From assembly GCA_017651425.1 (NCBI GenBank), contig JAGCCZ010000041.1, positions 44,767-108,766 of the forward strand: 64,000 nucleotides of DNA. Direction: 5' to 3'. This DNA is from Bacteroidales bacterium. GTDB taxonomy: Bacteria > Bacteroidota > Bacteroidia > Bacteroidales > WCHB1-69. Of this stretch, positions 33,697-44,200 are shown in pieces. Below the pieces are notes generated by a model. It was not told where the DNA came from. It did no database searches and was given only the letters and a program-made list of their open reading frames with translations. The position numbers and the translations under genes were made by a program. Position 1 is the stretch's first letter. Every line of letters starts with the position of its first letter.

Positions 33697-33745
33697 TAAC
33701 TCTCAACTCTTAACTCTTAACTCTCAACTCTTAATTCTCAACTCT
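33697..33745. repeat. tandem heptamers (YAACTCT x7) overlapping the pfkA stop
   Basis: taactct caactct taactct taactct caactct taattct caactct. The last pfkA codons (E-E-S-stop) are encoded within the array. Confidence 0.9.
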
Positions 33746-34850
33746 CTTCGTCTCCAAAGCAAATCCCCACGCCTTTGGCCGCGTGTACGAGGAAGTCCTT
33801 GTCGGGCTGCACCAAGTGCGGGCTGCGCACGGCCTCCTCGATGGGCACATAGGAGATGTCGTTGTTGCGATAGACCACGAGGTTGCCGTATAGGTGCTCC
33901 TTGACGAGCTCGAAGGCCTTGACGCCGAACTGGGTGGCCAGGATGCGGTCGTAGGCCACAGGGGTGCCGCCGCGCTGCAGGTGGCCGAGCACCGTGACAC
34001 GGATGTCGTGTTCCACGCCGCAATCGAGGAGCTCATGCCGAAGCACGTCACCCACGCCGCCAAGCTTGATGTGCGGGTCGCCGGCCGCGGTGGGGGCACT
34101 GCCGGTCACCTTGCCGTCGGCTTTCTTGGCGCCTTCGGCGATGACGATGTTGCAGAAGCCCATCCCGTTCTTGTAGCGGGTCTCTATTTTCTGGGCGATG
34201 ATTCTGGGGTCGTAGGGGATTTCGGGGATGATGCAGACCTCGGCGCCGCCGGCCAGGGCGGTGTGCAAGGCAATCCATCCCGCATCGCGTCCCATGACTT
34301 CCATGATGAAGACGCGGTTGTGGCTCTCAGCGGTGGTCACCAGCTTGTCGAAGGCCTCCGTGGCGATCTGCACGGCCGTCTGGAAGCCAAAGGTGAAGTC
34401 GGTGCTTGACAAGTCGTTGTCAATGGTCTTGGGCACGCCCACGACGTTGAGTCCCATCTCTGCCAATTGCAGGGAAATGCGTTGCGAACCGTCGCCGCCG
34501 ATGTTGACGATGGCCTCGATGCCTAATTGTTCCAAGCGCTCCTTCATCAGCCGGGAGCGGTCTTCTATCACCCACGAGCCGTCGGGTTGGCGCACAGGAA
34601 AGTGGAAGGGACCGCCCTTGTTGGTGGTCTTGATAATGGTGCCGCCCTTGACGTGCAGGCCGGAAACCATCTCTTCGGTGAGCTCCACAATCTCAATGTC
34701 GTCCTTCAGAATGCCGTTGAAGGACTCGATGCAACCATAGATTTTCCAATCTTCGTCATCGAGGTGCGCGCGTTTGACAAGGCCGCGAATCACGGCGTTC
34801 AATCCGGGGCAGTCGCCGCCGCCCGTGGCTACTAATATCTTGTGTGTCAT
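33738..34850 (-). CDS. pfkA: 6-phosphofructokinase
   Basis: Start at MTHKILVATGGGDCPGLNAVIRGL, with NIGGDGS, GVPKTIDNDL and VMGRDAGWIAL. Confidence 0.85.
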   Translation of the reverse strand: MTHKILVATGGGDCPGLNAVIRGLVKRAHLDDEDWKIYGCIESFNGILKDDIEIVELTEEMVSGLHVKGGTIIKTTNKGGPFHFPVRQPDGSWVIEDRSRLMKERLEQLGIEAIVNIGGDGSQRISLQLAEMGLNVVGVPKTIDNDLSSTDFTFGFQTAVQIATEAFDKLVTTAESHNRVFIMEVMGRDAGWIALHTALAGGAEVCIIPEIPYDPRIIAQKIETRYKNGMGFCNIVIAEGAKKADGKVTGSAPTAAGDPHIKLGGVGDVLRHELLDCGVEHDIRVTVLGHLQRGGTPVAYDRILATQFGVKAFELVKEHLYGNLVVYRNNDISYVPIEEAVRSPHLVQPDKDFLVHAAKGVGICFGDEES

Positions 34851-34871
34851 TATCTGTTTTTTTAAAAAAAG

Positions 34872-34879
34872 CAAAAGTA
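34872..34879 (-). promoter_or_regulatory. -7 promoter box (TACTTTTG on minus strand) for pfkA
   Basis: gCAAAAGTAc lies about 22 nt upstream of the ATG at 34850. Confidence 0.4.
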
Positions 34880-34916
34880 CAAAAAATAACGATTGATGTC
34901 GGATTTTGTGAACCAC

Positions 34917-36287
34917 TTATTTACCGATGCAGAATTTTGAGAAAACATGGTCAAGCAGATCATCCGAGGAGATGGTGCCGGTGAGCAGCCCTATGTCGTG
35001 CAGGGCTGCGCGCACCTCCTCGGCCACCAGGTCCGTGGGGAGCTGCATCTCCAGTCCGTCATGGATGCGCCCGATAGCGGTCTCGATGTCGCACAGAAGG
35101 GCATAGTGGCGTTCGTTGGTCAGCAGTGACAAGTCTTGTATGTGGTGTCTCTTTACATAGTCGGCGAGCCGTTCCTCGATGTCGCCGAGGTTCACGCGCC
35201 GCTTGGCAGAGACGAAGAGTGTGCCCATATCGTGCCACTCTTTGTAGTCGGCGGGCAGCGATTCGAGCTCGTCGATCTTGTTGGCGACAATGACAAGCTC
35301 TTTGTCCTGAAGGCCTGCATTTTCGCTGAATTCCCGCATTTCAGCGCGTGCGGCGTCAAGGGTTGTGTTGGAGGCATCCACGAGATAAAGCACGACGGTG
35401 GCCTGCTCGACAGCTCGGCGCGTGCGCTCGATGCCGATGTTTTCGATGGTGTCCTCGGATTGCCGAAGGCCGGCGGTGTCGATGAAACGGAACAGTGTGC
35501 CGTCGATGGTGAAGGTCTCCTCCACAGTGTCGCGGGTGGTGCCGGGGATGGGGGAGACGATGGCTCTGTCCTGTTGCAAGATGGCGTTGAGCAGTGTTGA
35601 TTTCCCTACGTTGGGCCGCCCCACGATGGCGACCGGGATGCCTCTTTTGAGCACGTTCCCTAATTTGAAGGATCGTATCAGACGCGACACTTCCTCGCTG
35701 ATTTCGTCCAGGAGCGCCTTCAGTTCACTGCGGTCGGCAAATTCCAGGTCCTCTTCGCTGAAATCGAGTTCCAGTTCCAACAGCGAGGCAATATGCACGA
35801 AACGCTCTCGGAGCTGGCGCATGCGGTTGGAAAATTCGCCTCGCAGTTGATGGATGGCCAGTCTGTGGGTGGTCTCCGATTGCGATTCGATCAGGTCGGC
35901 GACAGCCTCCGCCTGCGGGAGGTCGAGTTTGCCGTTGAGAAAAGCGCGCTGGGTGAATTCCCCCGGTTCGGCTAAACGACAACCTTTTTCTACAAGTAAT
36001 TCAACGATGTGTTTTTGAATGAAGATAGAGCCGTGGCAGGAGATCTCCACCATGTCTTCGCCCGTGTATGATTTGGGCGCGGCAAATTTGGTGACCACCA
36101 CTTGGTCGAGTAGCTGCCCGTTGTCAAAGAGCTGTGCGAAACGGGCGTTTTGAGGCGGCAAGGCGAGCAAGTCCAATTGGGGGAATAATTGTGCCGCGAT
36201 GGGGAAAGAATCCGTGCCCGAAGTGCGGACAATGGCAATGGCCCCGATGCCGGGAGGCGTGGAAATGGCGCAGATGGTCTCTTTCAT
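34917..36287 (-). CDS. mnmE: tRNA modification GTPase MnmE
   Basis: Start at MKETICAISTPPGIGAIAIVRTSG. G1 motif GRPNVGKSTLLN, DTAGLR, and the C-terminal CIGK. Confidence 0.9.
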   Translation of the reverse strand: MKETICAISTPPGIGAIAIVRTSGTDSFPIAAQLFPQLDLLALPPQNARFAQLFDNGQLLDQVVVTKFAAPKSYTGEDMVEISCHGSIFIQKHIVELLVEKGCRLAEPGEFTQRAFLNGKLDLPQAEAVADLIESQSETTHRLAIHQLRGEFSNRMRQLRERFVHIASLLELELDFSEEDLEFADRSELKALLDEISEEVSRLIRSFKLGNVLKRGIPVAIVGRPNVGKSTLLNAILQQDRAIVSPIPGTTRDTVEETFTIDGTLFRFIDTAGLRQSEDTIENIGIERTRRAVEQATVVLYLVDASNTTLDAARAEMREFSENAGLQDKELVIVANKIDELESLPADYKEWHDMGTLFVSAKRRVNLGDIEERLADYVKRHHIQDLSLLTNERHYALLCDIETAIGRIHDGLEMQLPTDLVAEEVRAALHDIGLLTGTISSDDLLDHVFSKFCIGK

Positions 36288-36315
36288 AGCATGGAATTTT
36301 GGACGGCAAACATAC

Positions 36316-36341
36316 AAAAAAAAGCAGCGGATTGCCGCTGC
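36316..36341 (-). terminator. rho-independent terminator of the lipoprotein gene
   Basis: On the minus strand, GCAGCGG-caat-CCGCTGC is followed by TTTTTTTT. Confidence 0.65.
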
Positions 36342-36373
36342 TTTTTGCATTTATTTTCAAGATGACTCACAGA

Positions 36374-36784
36374 TTATTCTGTCACGTTGTCAACCTCATC
36401 GGTGGAAGCGAAGTCTCCATCTTCATCGATGTAGAATTTCGTCTTTTCCAGCAGAGAGTTGTCTTTCCTGTACAGGCAGTAGTAGAAATAGTCGTTGGCG
36501 CCCATGTGAGCTTTGATTTCGTTGCCGTGGGCCAGGATGGCGAGCTTGGACTCGACATATTTGGTCTCGGCCTTCACATCGGTATAACCTTCATCGTTGC
36601 CGGTGAAGGTGTACTCACCGTTCCAGTACAGGTTGATGGTGCCCAAAACAGCCTTTGCGGCAATGACATCGTCATTGTTGGCGAACTCGAAGTCGGTGGT
36701 CGTGTAGTAGGAGTGTTGGTCTCTGTTGCAGCTGGTGAAAATCATGGTGCAACAAACAATTGCAAATAAAGCGATCTTTTTCAT
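36374..36784 (-). CDS. hypothetical lipoprotein
   Basis: Lipobox MIFTSC, 136 aa, no recognisable domain. Confidence 0.55.
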   Translation of the reverse strand: MKKIALFAIVCCTMIFTSCNRDQHSYYTTTDFEFANNDDVIAAKAVLGTINLYWNGEYTFTGNDEGYTDVKAETKYVESKLAILAHGNEIKAHMGANDYFYYCLYRKDNSLLEKTKFYIDEDGDFASTDEVDNVTE

Positions 36785-36859
36785 TTTTAGTTGGGTTTAG
36801 TTAATAATAATGTGGTGTGGTATAAACGATTGCAATGTAAAAATAGTATCGTTGTCTTG

Positions 36860-38050
36860 TTATTTTATCACGCCGAGTTCCTTTCCGATCTTGGTGAAGG
36901 CTGCGATGCACTTGTCAAGATGCTCGGGCTCGTGGGCGGCAGAGATTTGGACGCGGATACGGGCCTGGTCTTTCGGAACCACGGGGTAGTAGAATCCGGT
37001 CACATAGATGCCTTCCTCCTGCAGCTTGGCGGCCATCACCTGGGAGAGTTTTGCGTCATAGAGCATGACGGCGCAGATGGCAGACTCGGTCGGCTTGATG
37101 TCGAAACCGGCGGCTTTCATCTTGGCCACGAAATAGTCGGTGTTGCTGTGCAGCTTGTCTTGCAGCTCGTTGGTCTCCGACATAATATCGACCATCTTGC
37201 AACCGGCAGCGGCGACCATGGGAGGAATAGAGTTGGAGAAGAGGTACGGACGGGAGCGTTGACGCAGCATGTCGATGATTTCCTTCTTGCCGGTGGTGAA
37301 ACCGCCGATGGCGCCGCCGAAAGCTTTGCCGAGGGTGCCGGTCAGGATCTCGATCTTGCCGCGCAGGTTGTAGCGCTCGGTCACGCCGCGGCCGGTCTGG
37401 CCGACCACGCCGGCGGAGTGGCTCTCATCCACCATAACCATGGCGTCATATTTCTGGGCCAATTCATAGATCTTGTCGAGCGGGCAGACGTTGCCGTCCA
37501 TGCTGAACACACCGTCGGTGACGATGATGCGGAAACGCTGTGCCTGAGCGGCCTTGAGTTGTTCCTCGAGGTCAGCCATGTCGGCGTTTTTATAGCGATA
37601 GCGCACGGCCTTGCAGAGACGCACGCCGTCGATGATAGAAGCGTGGTTGAGGGCGTCGGAGATGATGGCGTCCTGGTCGGTGAGCAGGGGCTCGAAGACA
37701 CCGCCGTTGGCGTCGAAGCAGGCGGCGTAGAGGATGGTGTCCTCAGTGCCGAAAAAGTCGGCGATCTTCTGCTCCAAGGCCTTGTGCAGGTCGGAGCAGC
37801 CGCAAATGAAGCGGACAGAGGCCATGCCGTAGCCGTGGGTGTCGAGGGCTTCCTTGGCGGCAGCGATCAGCTTGGGGTTGTTGGCCAGGCCGAGATAGTT
37901 GTTGGCGCAGAAGTTCAGCACGTGGCTGCCGTCTTGCAGCACGATCTCGCCGCTTTGCGGGGAGACGATGATGCGTTCGTTTTTGTACAGGCCGGCTTCC
38001 TTGATGTCGGCTATTTCTTTCTGAAGATGTTGTTGGAAATTGGTGTACAT
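36860..38050 (-). CDS. kbl: glycine C-acetyltransferase (2-amino-3-ketobutyrate CoA ligase)
   Basis: 396 aa with NFCANNYLGLANNP, VDESHSAGVVGQTGRG and the PLP-lysine context GTLGKAFGG. Confidence 0.85.
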   Translation of the reverse strand: MYTNFQQHLQKEIADIKEAGLYKNERIIVSPQSGEIVLQDGSHVLNFCANNYLGLANNPKLIAAAKEALDTHGYGMASVRFICGCSDLHKALEQKIADFFGTEDTILYAACFDANGGVFEPLLTDQDAIISDALNHASIIDGVRLCKAVRYRYKNADMADLEEQLKAAQAQRFRIIVTDGVFSMDGNVCPLDKIYELAQKYDAMVMVDESHSAGVVGQTGRGVTERYNLRGKIEILTGTLGKAFGGAIGGFTTGKKEIIDMLRQRSRPYLFSNSIPPMVAAAGCKMVDIMSETNELQDKLHSNTDYFVAKMKAAGFDIKPTESAICAVMLYDAKLSQVMAAKLQEEGIYVTGFYYPVVPKDQARIRVQISAAHEPEHLDKCIAAFTKIGKELGVIK

Positions 38051-38076
38051 TTGTTTTGTTTATTTTATTGTTTAAT

Positions 38077-38190
38077 AGTGATCAGTGATCAGTGAACAGT
38101 TTCCTTGAGCAGCCCCGATAGGGGCAAGAGCTCGGTAGCATGTCAATGAGCATTTCCTTGAACGGCCCCGATAGGGGCAAGAGCAAATTA
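38077..38190 (+). repeat. AGTGATC heptamers x3 followed by two copies of a REP-like unit TTCCTTGA.C.GCCCC-gata-GGGGCAAGAGC
   Basis: agtgatc agtgatc agtgaac, then hairpins GCCCCgataGGGGC at 38112-38125 and 38165-38178. An inverted copy lies at 45068-45110. Confidence 0.8.
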
Positions 38191-38248
38191 TACATCTGTT
38201 TTGTAAACAGCGGTGCAAAAGTACAATATTTTTATTCACGAAAACGCA

Positions 38249-38270
38249 GGGGCGAAATTTTTTTCGCCCC
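38249..38270 (-). terminator. terminator hairpin after the A2M gene
   Basis: GGGGCGAAA-tttt-TTTCGCCCC lies 21 nt beyond the stop at 38291. Confidence 0.55.
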
Positions 38271-38290
38271 TACAAATATCATTTACCCAT

Positions 38291-41200
38291 TTACCGCACC
38301 GTTACCCTCGCTCCGCTGCCCTGCGCGCGGTACTCCGGTGCATACATGCACTCCACGGTGGTCGCGCCGGCGGAGAAGTCGCCGGACTGCGTGGCGAAGA
38401 CGTCGTATTCCAAAACAACCGTGCCCTGCGGGAACTTGTTGAAGAAGAAGCAGACGGAGGCGTCTCTCGGACTCTCCACCCACCAGGTGCCGCCCTGCCA
38501 GCCGTTGCGCTCATGGATGTTGACGGGCTCGAAAGCCGCCGCCCGCGGATCCTTGAGCTGCACGTACTCCAGGTCGCGGTCGCTGGTGACGACAATCTTC
38601 ACGGTGATGCGCTCGCCCAGTCGGACGGGGTTGTCGGCTGTTACCGGCTCGGCAGTGCGACCGTCGCCGATTGCCGGCTGGTGGTAGAGCGTGCGCCGCA
38701 CCGTCAGCCCGCTGCCGCTGGCCTCCACTTGGTCGGGAACCTCCAAGTATTGCCAGTAGGTCGCCCCGAAAGTGGGATGCACACTGTCAGTGCGCACGGT
38801 GATGTCGGCCAATGCGGGCGACATGTTCTCGGGATTCCAAACGCGTTGCACGTAGCCGGTGCCGGCCTCGGCAGTTGCTGCTTCCGTGGCCGTAATATTT
38901 TCACCTCCCACCGCGACGACTGTCGAGGAGGGTTGCAACAAGTCGGCGGGAGCATCAAGCAGCAGCGCATAGACGGCCTCCGCCGTGGCTTTCGTGTTGC
39001 TCCAGCGGTTACTCTCCTTCTGCATGAGTAGCCACTGCTTCATCATCGTCAATTCGTCCTGGCGCGGGGCGATTTCGGTGAACGCCTCAATCAGCAACGC
39101 CTGCCGCTCAATCGGAGCCTCGTACCAGCGATAGTAGTAGCCGCTGTACTCCTTGTGCCAATACATGCCCTTCTCGCGGTCGATGAGAGCTTGCTGGCGG
39201 ATGCGTTCCATGATTTGCTGCGCTTTGAGCTTGTCATTTTTGTCGCCGGTACGGTAAAGAATCAGTGCCACTTCCGCCTGACGGGTGAACTTCTCCCTTT
39301 CCAACTTCTCCGTCATCAGTTTCATCAGATTCTGTACGTAAGGCTGAGACAGCCAGACAGAATCATACGGAGCAAATGAACGGGCATACAAATAATGCAC
39401 ATCTTCTTCAGTGAAATAGAAAACCGCATCCGGCTCCAATTGTTCTTTTCGATGCAGATACATCTGGTACTTTCTTTCCTGATAAAAATCGGCGGCGTGG
39501 ACGGCCTTTTCCAACATCTTGTCTGCCTGCGGAATCTCCCCCCCGAGCCGTCGCAGCTTGTAGAAGCCCGCCACGATGTGGTCGGTGATGTACGGGGAGT
39601 ATTTCCAGCGTCCGTACCAGTCCCAACCGCCGCTTGGCAGCTGGTTATGCAACAGTTTGTTGATACTCTTGTCCAACTGTTGTTGCAGGTTCTCGTCTGC
39701 GAAAAGCTCAGCAGTTTCATGCCGTTGCCGCGACTCGTTCTGCGCGGCCCGCAGCCATGGGGTCTCCTCCAAAAGCATACTCTTCAACGACTCGTTCTTG
39801 AGCAGCGGGGAGGCTAAAGAGTTGTTGACCGTATCGTTAAGCCAGCTGTCGAATACCTTGCGGAGACCGGGGTTCTGCGCGATAGCGTGTTGCACGGTGG
39901 CCGCCGCGAACAGCTTGCTGAAGGTCTGTTCGTTGCACTCATATGGATAGTGCATGAGATAGGGTAGGGCGCGGATGGCGAGCCACGCGGGGTTGGTGGT
40001 GACTTCCACGGTGTAGCTCAGCGGCTGCATCGTGGGCGTGGCGTGTGTGCGGTAGCGGCGGAACGTGACGACCGTGTCGCTGCCCGCGGGCACCACGAAC
40101 GGACAGGATTCCGTCACCAACATCTTGTTCGGCAGCACAGGCAGGAGGCGTTCCTCGCCGTCACCGTAGTTGCCGGCGCGGGCCACCATCCGGTAACCGA
40201 TGGCGGGGATGCCATCTGGGACGAGGATGCGGAATTGGACCGTCTGGGCGGTGCCGGCCATTACGGAAAATTGGGATTTCCCATCCGTAGAGACGCGGCG
40301 CGCCGCGTCTCTACCGACACCGTTAATTACCATTTCTATCGGTTGCCCGTCCTCCGCATTGAAAAATTCCACCGTCACCACACCGTTCAAATCCGCATCG
40401 CTGCGGTTGGTGATCTTGGCGCGGAGGGTGAGGGTGTCGCCCTCGCGGAAAAAGCGCGGCGCGTTGCTCTGCAGCATCAGCGTGCGGCGGCTCTGCAACA
40501 CGGCGTGGAGACCGGTCATGGTGGCCTTTCTCGTGTGCCCGTAGGCGTAGAATTCCCAGCCGGTGTATTGGTCGGGCAGGGTGAAGTCGATGTGTACGCG
40601 GCCGCTGTCGTCGGGATGCAGGTTCGGGTAGAAGAAGGCCGTCTCCACGAAGTTGCTGCGCGGGGTTGCGTCGGGCGACAAGGACGGCTCGTAACCCTCG
40701 TCCTCCTTTGTACCGAAGGTGACTGTCGGCTCGTTCGAGACCCGCACACCGTCCACGATAGTCTGCTGGCCGTCGCTGCGGTTGCCCCGTACGGGGGCTG
40801 TAGCCCCATCTAAGGCAGTTACGCCCTCCAGACTTGCCAAAGCAGAACTTACGGAACGGCCGGGCGTCGTGCGGATGGCTTCTCCCGACAGACGGTTTGC
40901 GGAAGTTGTGTTGTCCATGCTGAACGCCGGCGGTTCCCAGGCGATGACCACCTCTTGAAGTTCCCCATCAAAGTGATAAGATGGAACATAATAACTGTGA
41001 GACAGCTGCAGACTCGGATATTTCAGCACCGATTTCTCATGGGTGGATATGCGGTAGCGGAAATAGTCGTTGTAGGATTTCGTAAGGTCGCTACAGGAGA
41101 TTCTGTATCGGCGGGTGCGGAACGAGCGCGGCAGCTTTTTGGTTTTGGCAAGCCAGTGGGGACCGATTGTCGTACTCGGCTTGTTCATCCCCAATTCGTA

Positions 41201-44200
41201 GAGGCTGCCGTCGAACATCCAGGCTAACAGTTCCGCATCGTGCACGGCCTTTTGCTTCGCGTCGGTGAGGGTGATCTCCCAGTGTTCGCCGCTGCCGGGT
41301 TCGGTCTCGCTACGCCAGTGGGTCAGCTCCGCATTCAGCAGCAACTTTTCGTAGGAACGGAAATATCGTTCCGCCTTTTTGGCCTCCCAGGGGATGACGG
41401 TGTCAAGGGAAACGGTATGGAGTTCGCCGTTCTGCACGATGCGGGCGATGAGGTTGATGCCTCTTGTGCCCGTGGTGCGCGTCTTCACCGTGAAAGTCTC
41501 CTGCTCAAGATTAAGCGGGATGCGGCGGGTTTTGAGGTGTTTCTTTCCTTGATAGACATCGCAGATCATCACGGCGTTGCGCAAGCAGCTGCCGACGCTG
41601 AGCGTGAGCGGCTTGCCTCTCTTCTCCGGCATCGAGGCCACCGCCAGATGGATGGGCTTCATTGGAGCGAATTCCTGCATCCGGGAACTGTAGATTGTGA
41701 ATTCTTTCATCGCTGTCACCTTTTTCCCCGATTTGTCTGTGGCGGTGGCGATAATCCTGTAATCGCCAGGATTCCAACCTTGTACATTTACCTTTAATGT
41801 TGAATCCGGCACGAGGATTTTCTCAGTGCGGAACACCGTGTCGGACGCAGGCCAGTAGGCGGGGGAATTAGGGTGGGTTTCAAATGTGAGATGCGGGAAC
41901 TCTTTTGCATACTCTTCATTGCTGTGGAGCGGCATCCAGAAGGTGGGCTCTTTCTCGAAAACGGGAACCTTGTACTCGGTGGGTGACAGCAAACGCACCA
42001 CGGCAACCTGTATGGGCACCGGCTGCTTGACGTTGTTGAAGTTGAGTGCCCGCAACATCCAAACAGCAGTGTCGTTCGTCGCCAAATCCACATCATTGTT
42101 GCCGGAAATCTTGACCTTCAACAGCTGGGGCGGAAGGAACACGAAAGAGGTGTCGCGGTGGGTCTCGCCATTCAAGTCGGTGACAATGGCCTCAATGTCA
42201 ACCCGGACCGGATCGTGCGAAGCCAGCACGGGGTGCCGGTGCTCAAAACTGCCGTCGCGCTCGGTGGCAATCTCGAAACGGTCGCTACGGCCGAACATGC
42301 GCACATGCAACGACACGGCGGCGTTTGCGACGGGTAGCCCGTTGAGCGCGGTCACTGTGCCCCGTATCGTAAGCGTGTCGCCTGCGGCCGCCTGCAACGT
42401 GTCGGACAGCAGTTTGACCTTGAAGGTGGGCAGCTTGTACTCCGCAATCTCAAGATATCGCTCGCTGCTGGAGTATTTGCCGGAGCGTGCTGGATAACGG
42501 ACTATCAAATAGTAGCGGCCCACATTCGGCGGCAAAGTCAGTTCCCCGTCCACACTGCCATACTTCGATGTGACCAACCGCAGCGTGTCTGACACGCCAT
42601 TCCAATTTTTTCCAAAAAGGTAAACCTCGACTGGCACATTACGCCTTACCTTGCCCTTTTTCAGCAGCAGCACCTTGAAATGCAGGGTTTGCCCGGGACG
42701 GTAAAGCGTCCGGTCGGTGTGAATCTGCGTGAGTGTACCTTTCGAATAGCGCCTGTAGTAGCGTGACCGGTAATGCCACCGGTCATACGGGTTGGAATAT
42801 TCATCTAAAACTGTAGCGTATACCGTATGGTGGTCGTAAATCTCAAAAAATAAATCTCCAAAGGGACGAAGTCCTGCACGAGTCTCGCCAAAACGGTTGG
42901 TGTATAAGTTCCAAATTCCGTCTTTTGTCCGCATGCGGGGCAGCGGCTCGCCCGTGTGTGCGTCACTCACACCCACGTATGCTTTGTTGCACACACCCCA
43001 ATTGGCGATCTTGAGGCGAGTGACGCAAAACTCCATCTTCGTCAGCAGCCCGACGGAGTCGATGGTCGGGCTGAGATGGAAAAAGAACTCGTAGTTTCCG
43101 ATAGGCAGCGAATCGACCCACAATTCCGTTGTGTTGAAGCGGCTTTTCCTGTTCCCACTGAGTATAAACTGTTGGGTATGGACTGGCTCCCCCATCCGTT
43201 TCAACATTTTTTCGAAACTGGAATAATAGTTGTATCTATAACGGAAATCCGCCTCTCTGTTGTCTGGCCGTCCCCGTTGGTATGAAGATGCAATCATATA
43301 ATCATCTTTGAATACGGTGAGATAGACTGTGTCGAGGTTGCTGTACTGCACGGGGATGCGCAGCTTGTGCCCGAGGGGCAGCTCGGTCTGCGCCTTGGAG
43401 GGGATAATGCTCGGCATGGTCAGCCGGTCGATATAGTAGTTGGCGTTTTGGTAGTAATGCAGCATTATTGGATCGTGGCGGCCGTCAGCTTCATACTGTT
43501 GGAGCACTTTGTTGAAATACTCCAATGCGCGGGCCGTGTAGTCGGTCTCCCGCTCGGTGAGCTGGTCGGCGGCGGCGAGCAGCAGCCCGCGCTCGTAGTC
43601 GAAGACGAGGTCGGGACCGTATGCGTTCTCCAATGAGTCGAGCAATTTCCACGCAGCTGAGGCATCCACATCCTCCTCGGGTTCGGGAAAGCGATAGTGC
43701 AGCCGTTGTATCTCGTAGTCGATGAGGATGTCGCGTTCCGTATGGGCGGACATGGCCTCGTCTGTCAGCGCGATGGCCAGGTCGGGGTCGTCTTCGCTGA
43801 ATATCCGGATGCAGTTCTGGTAGAGCACATCGTTGAGGGTCGGGCGCAGCGGACGGGTGGCGGGGACGTTCTCAACCAGGAAGTCCCAACGTTGTGTGAG
43901 GGAGATGTCGCGGGGCAATCTGTCGAAGCAGGCGAGGAACTCCGCCTTTGCGGCCTCGCGGTAGTTCTTCACCGACCATTCCTCCATGTTTTGGAAGGTG
44001 GCGTCGTGCAAGGTGGCCGTATTCGGATCGTAGGGCCATGCCTTGCTTAGCAGCATGCCGATTAAATAGTGATATATCGACTGATAAACCATGCTGTCGG
44101 GATCGCCCCAGCGGGCACCGTCGTCGCGTCGCCGCAGCGAGTCGAGCCACAGCACCGACTGCTGCACGGTCTTGTCGCTGTACGGCGGGTGGTCAACCAG

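Noticed and set aside
36791-38095. 434-aa plus-strand ORF antisense to kbl
   Set aside because: It mirrors the kbl ORF almost exactly and has repetitive G/V/A/H/D-rich sequence with no motif. kbl itself carries unmistakable PLP-enzyme motifs.
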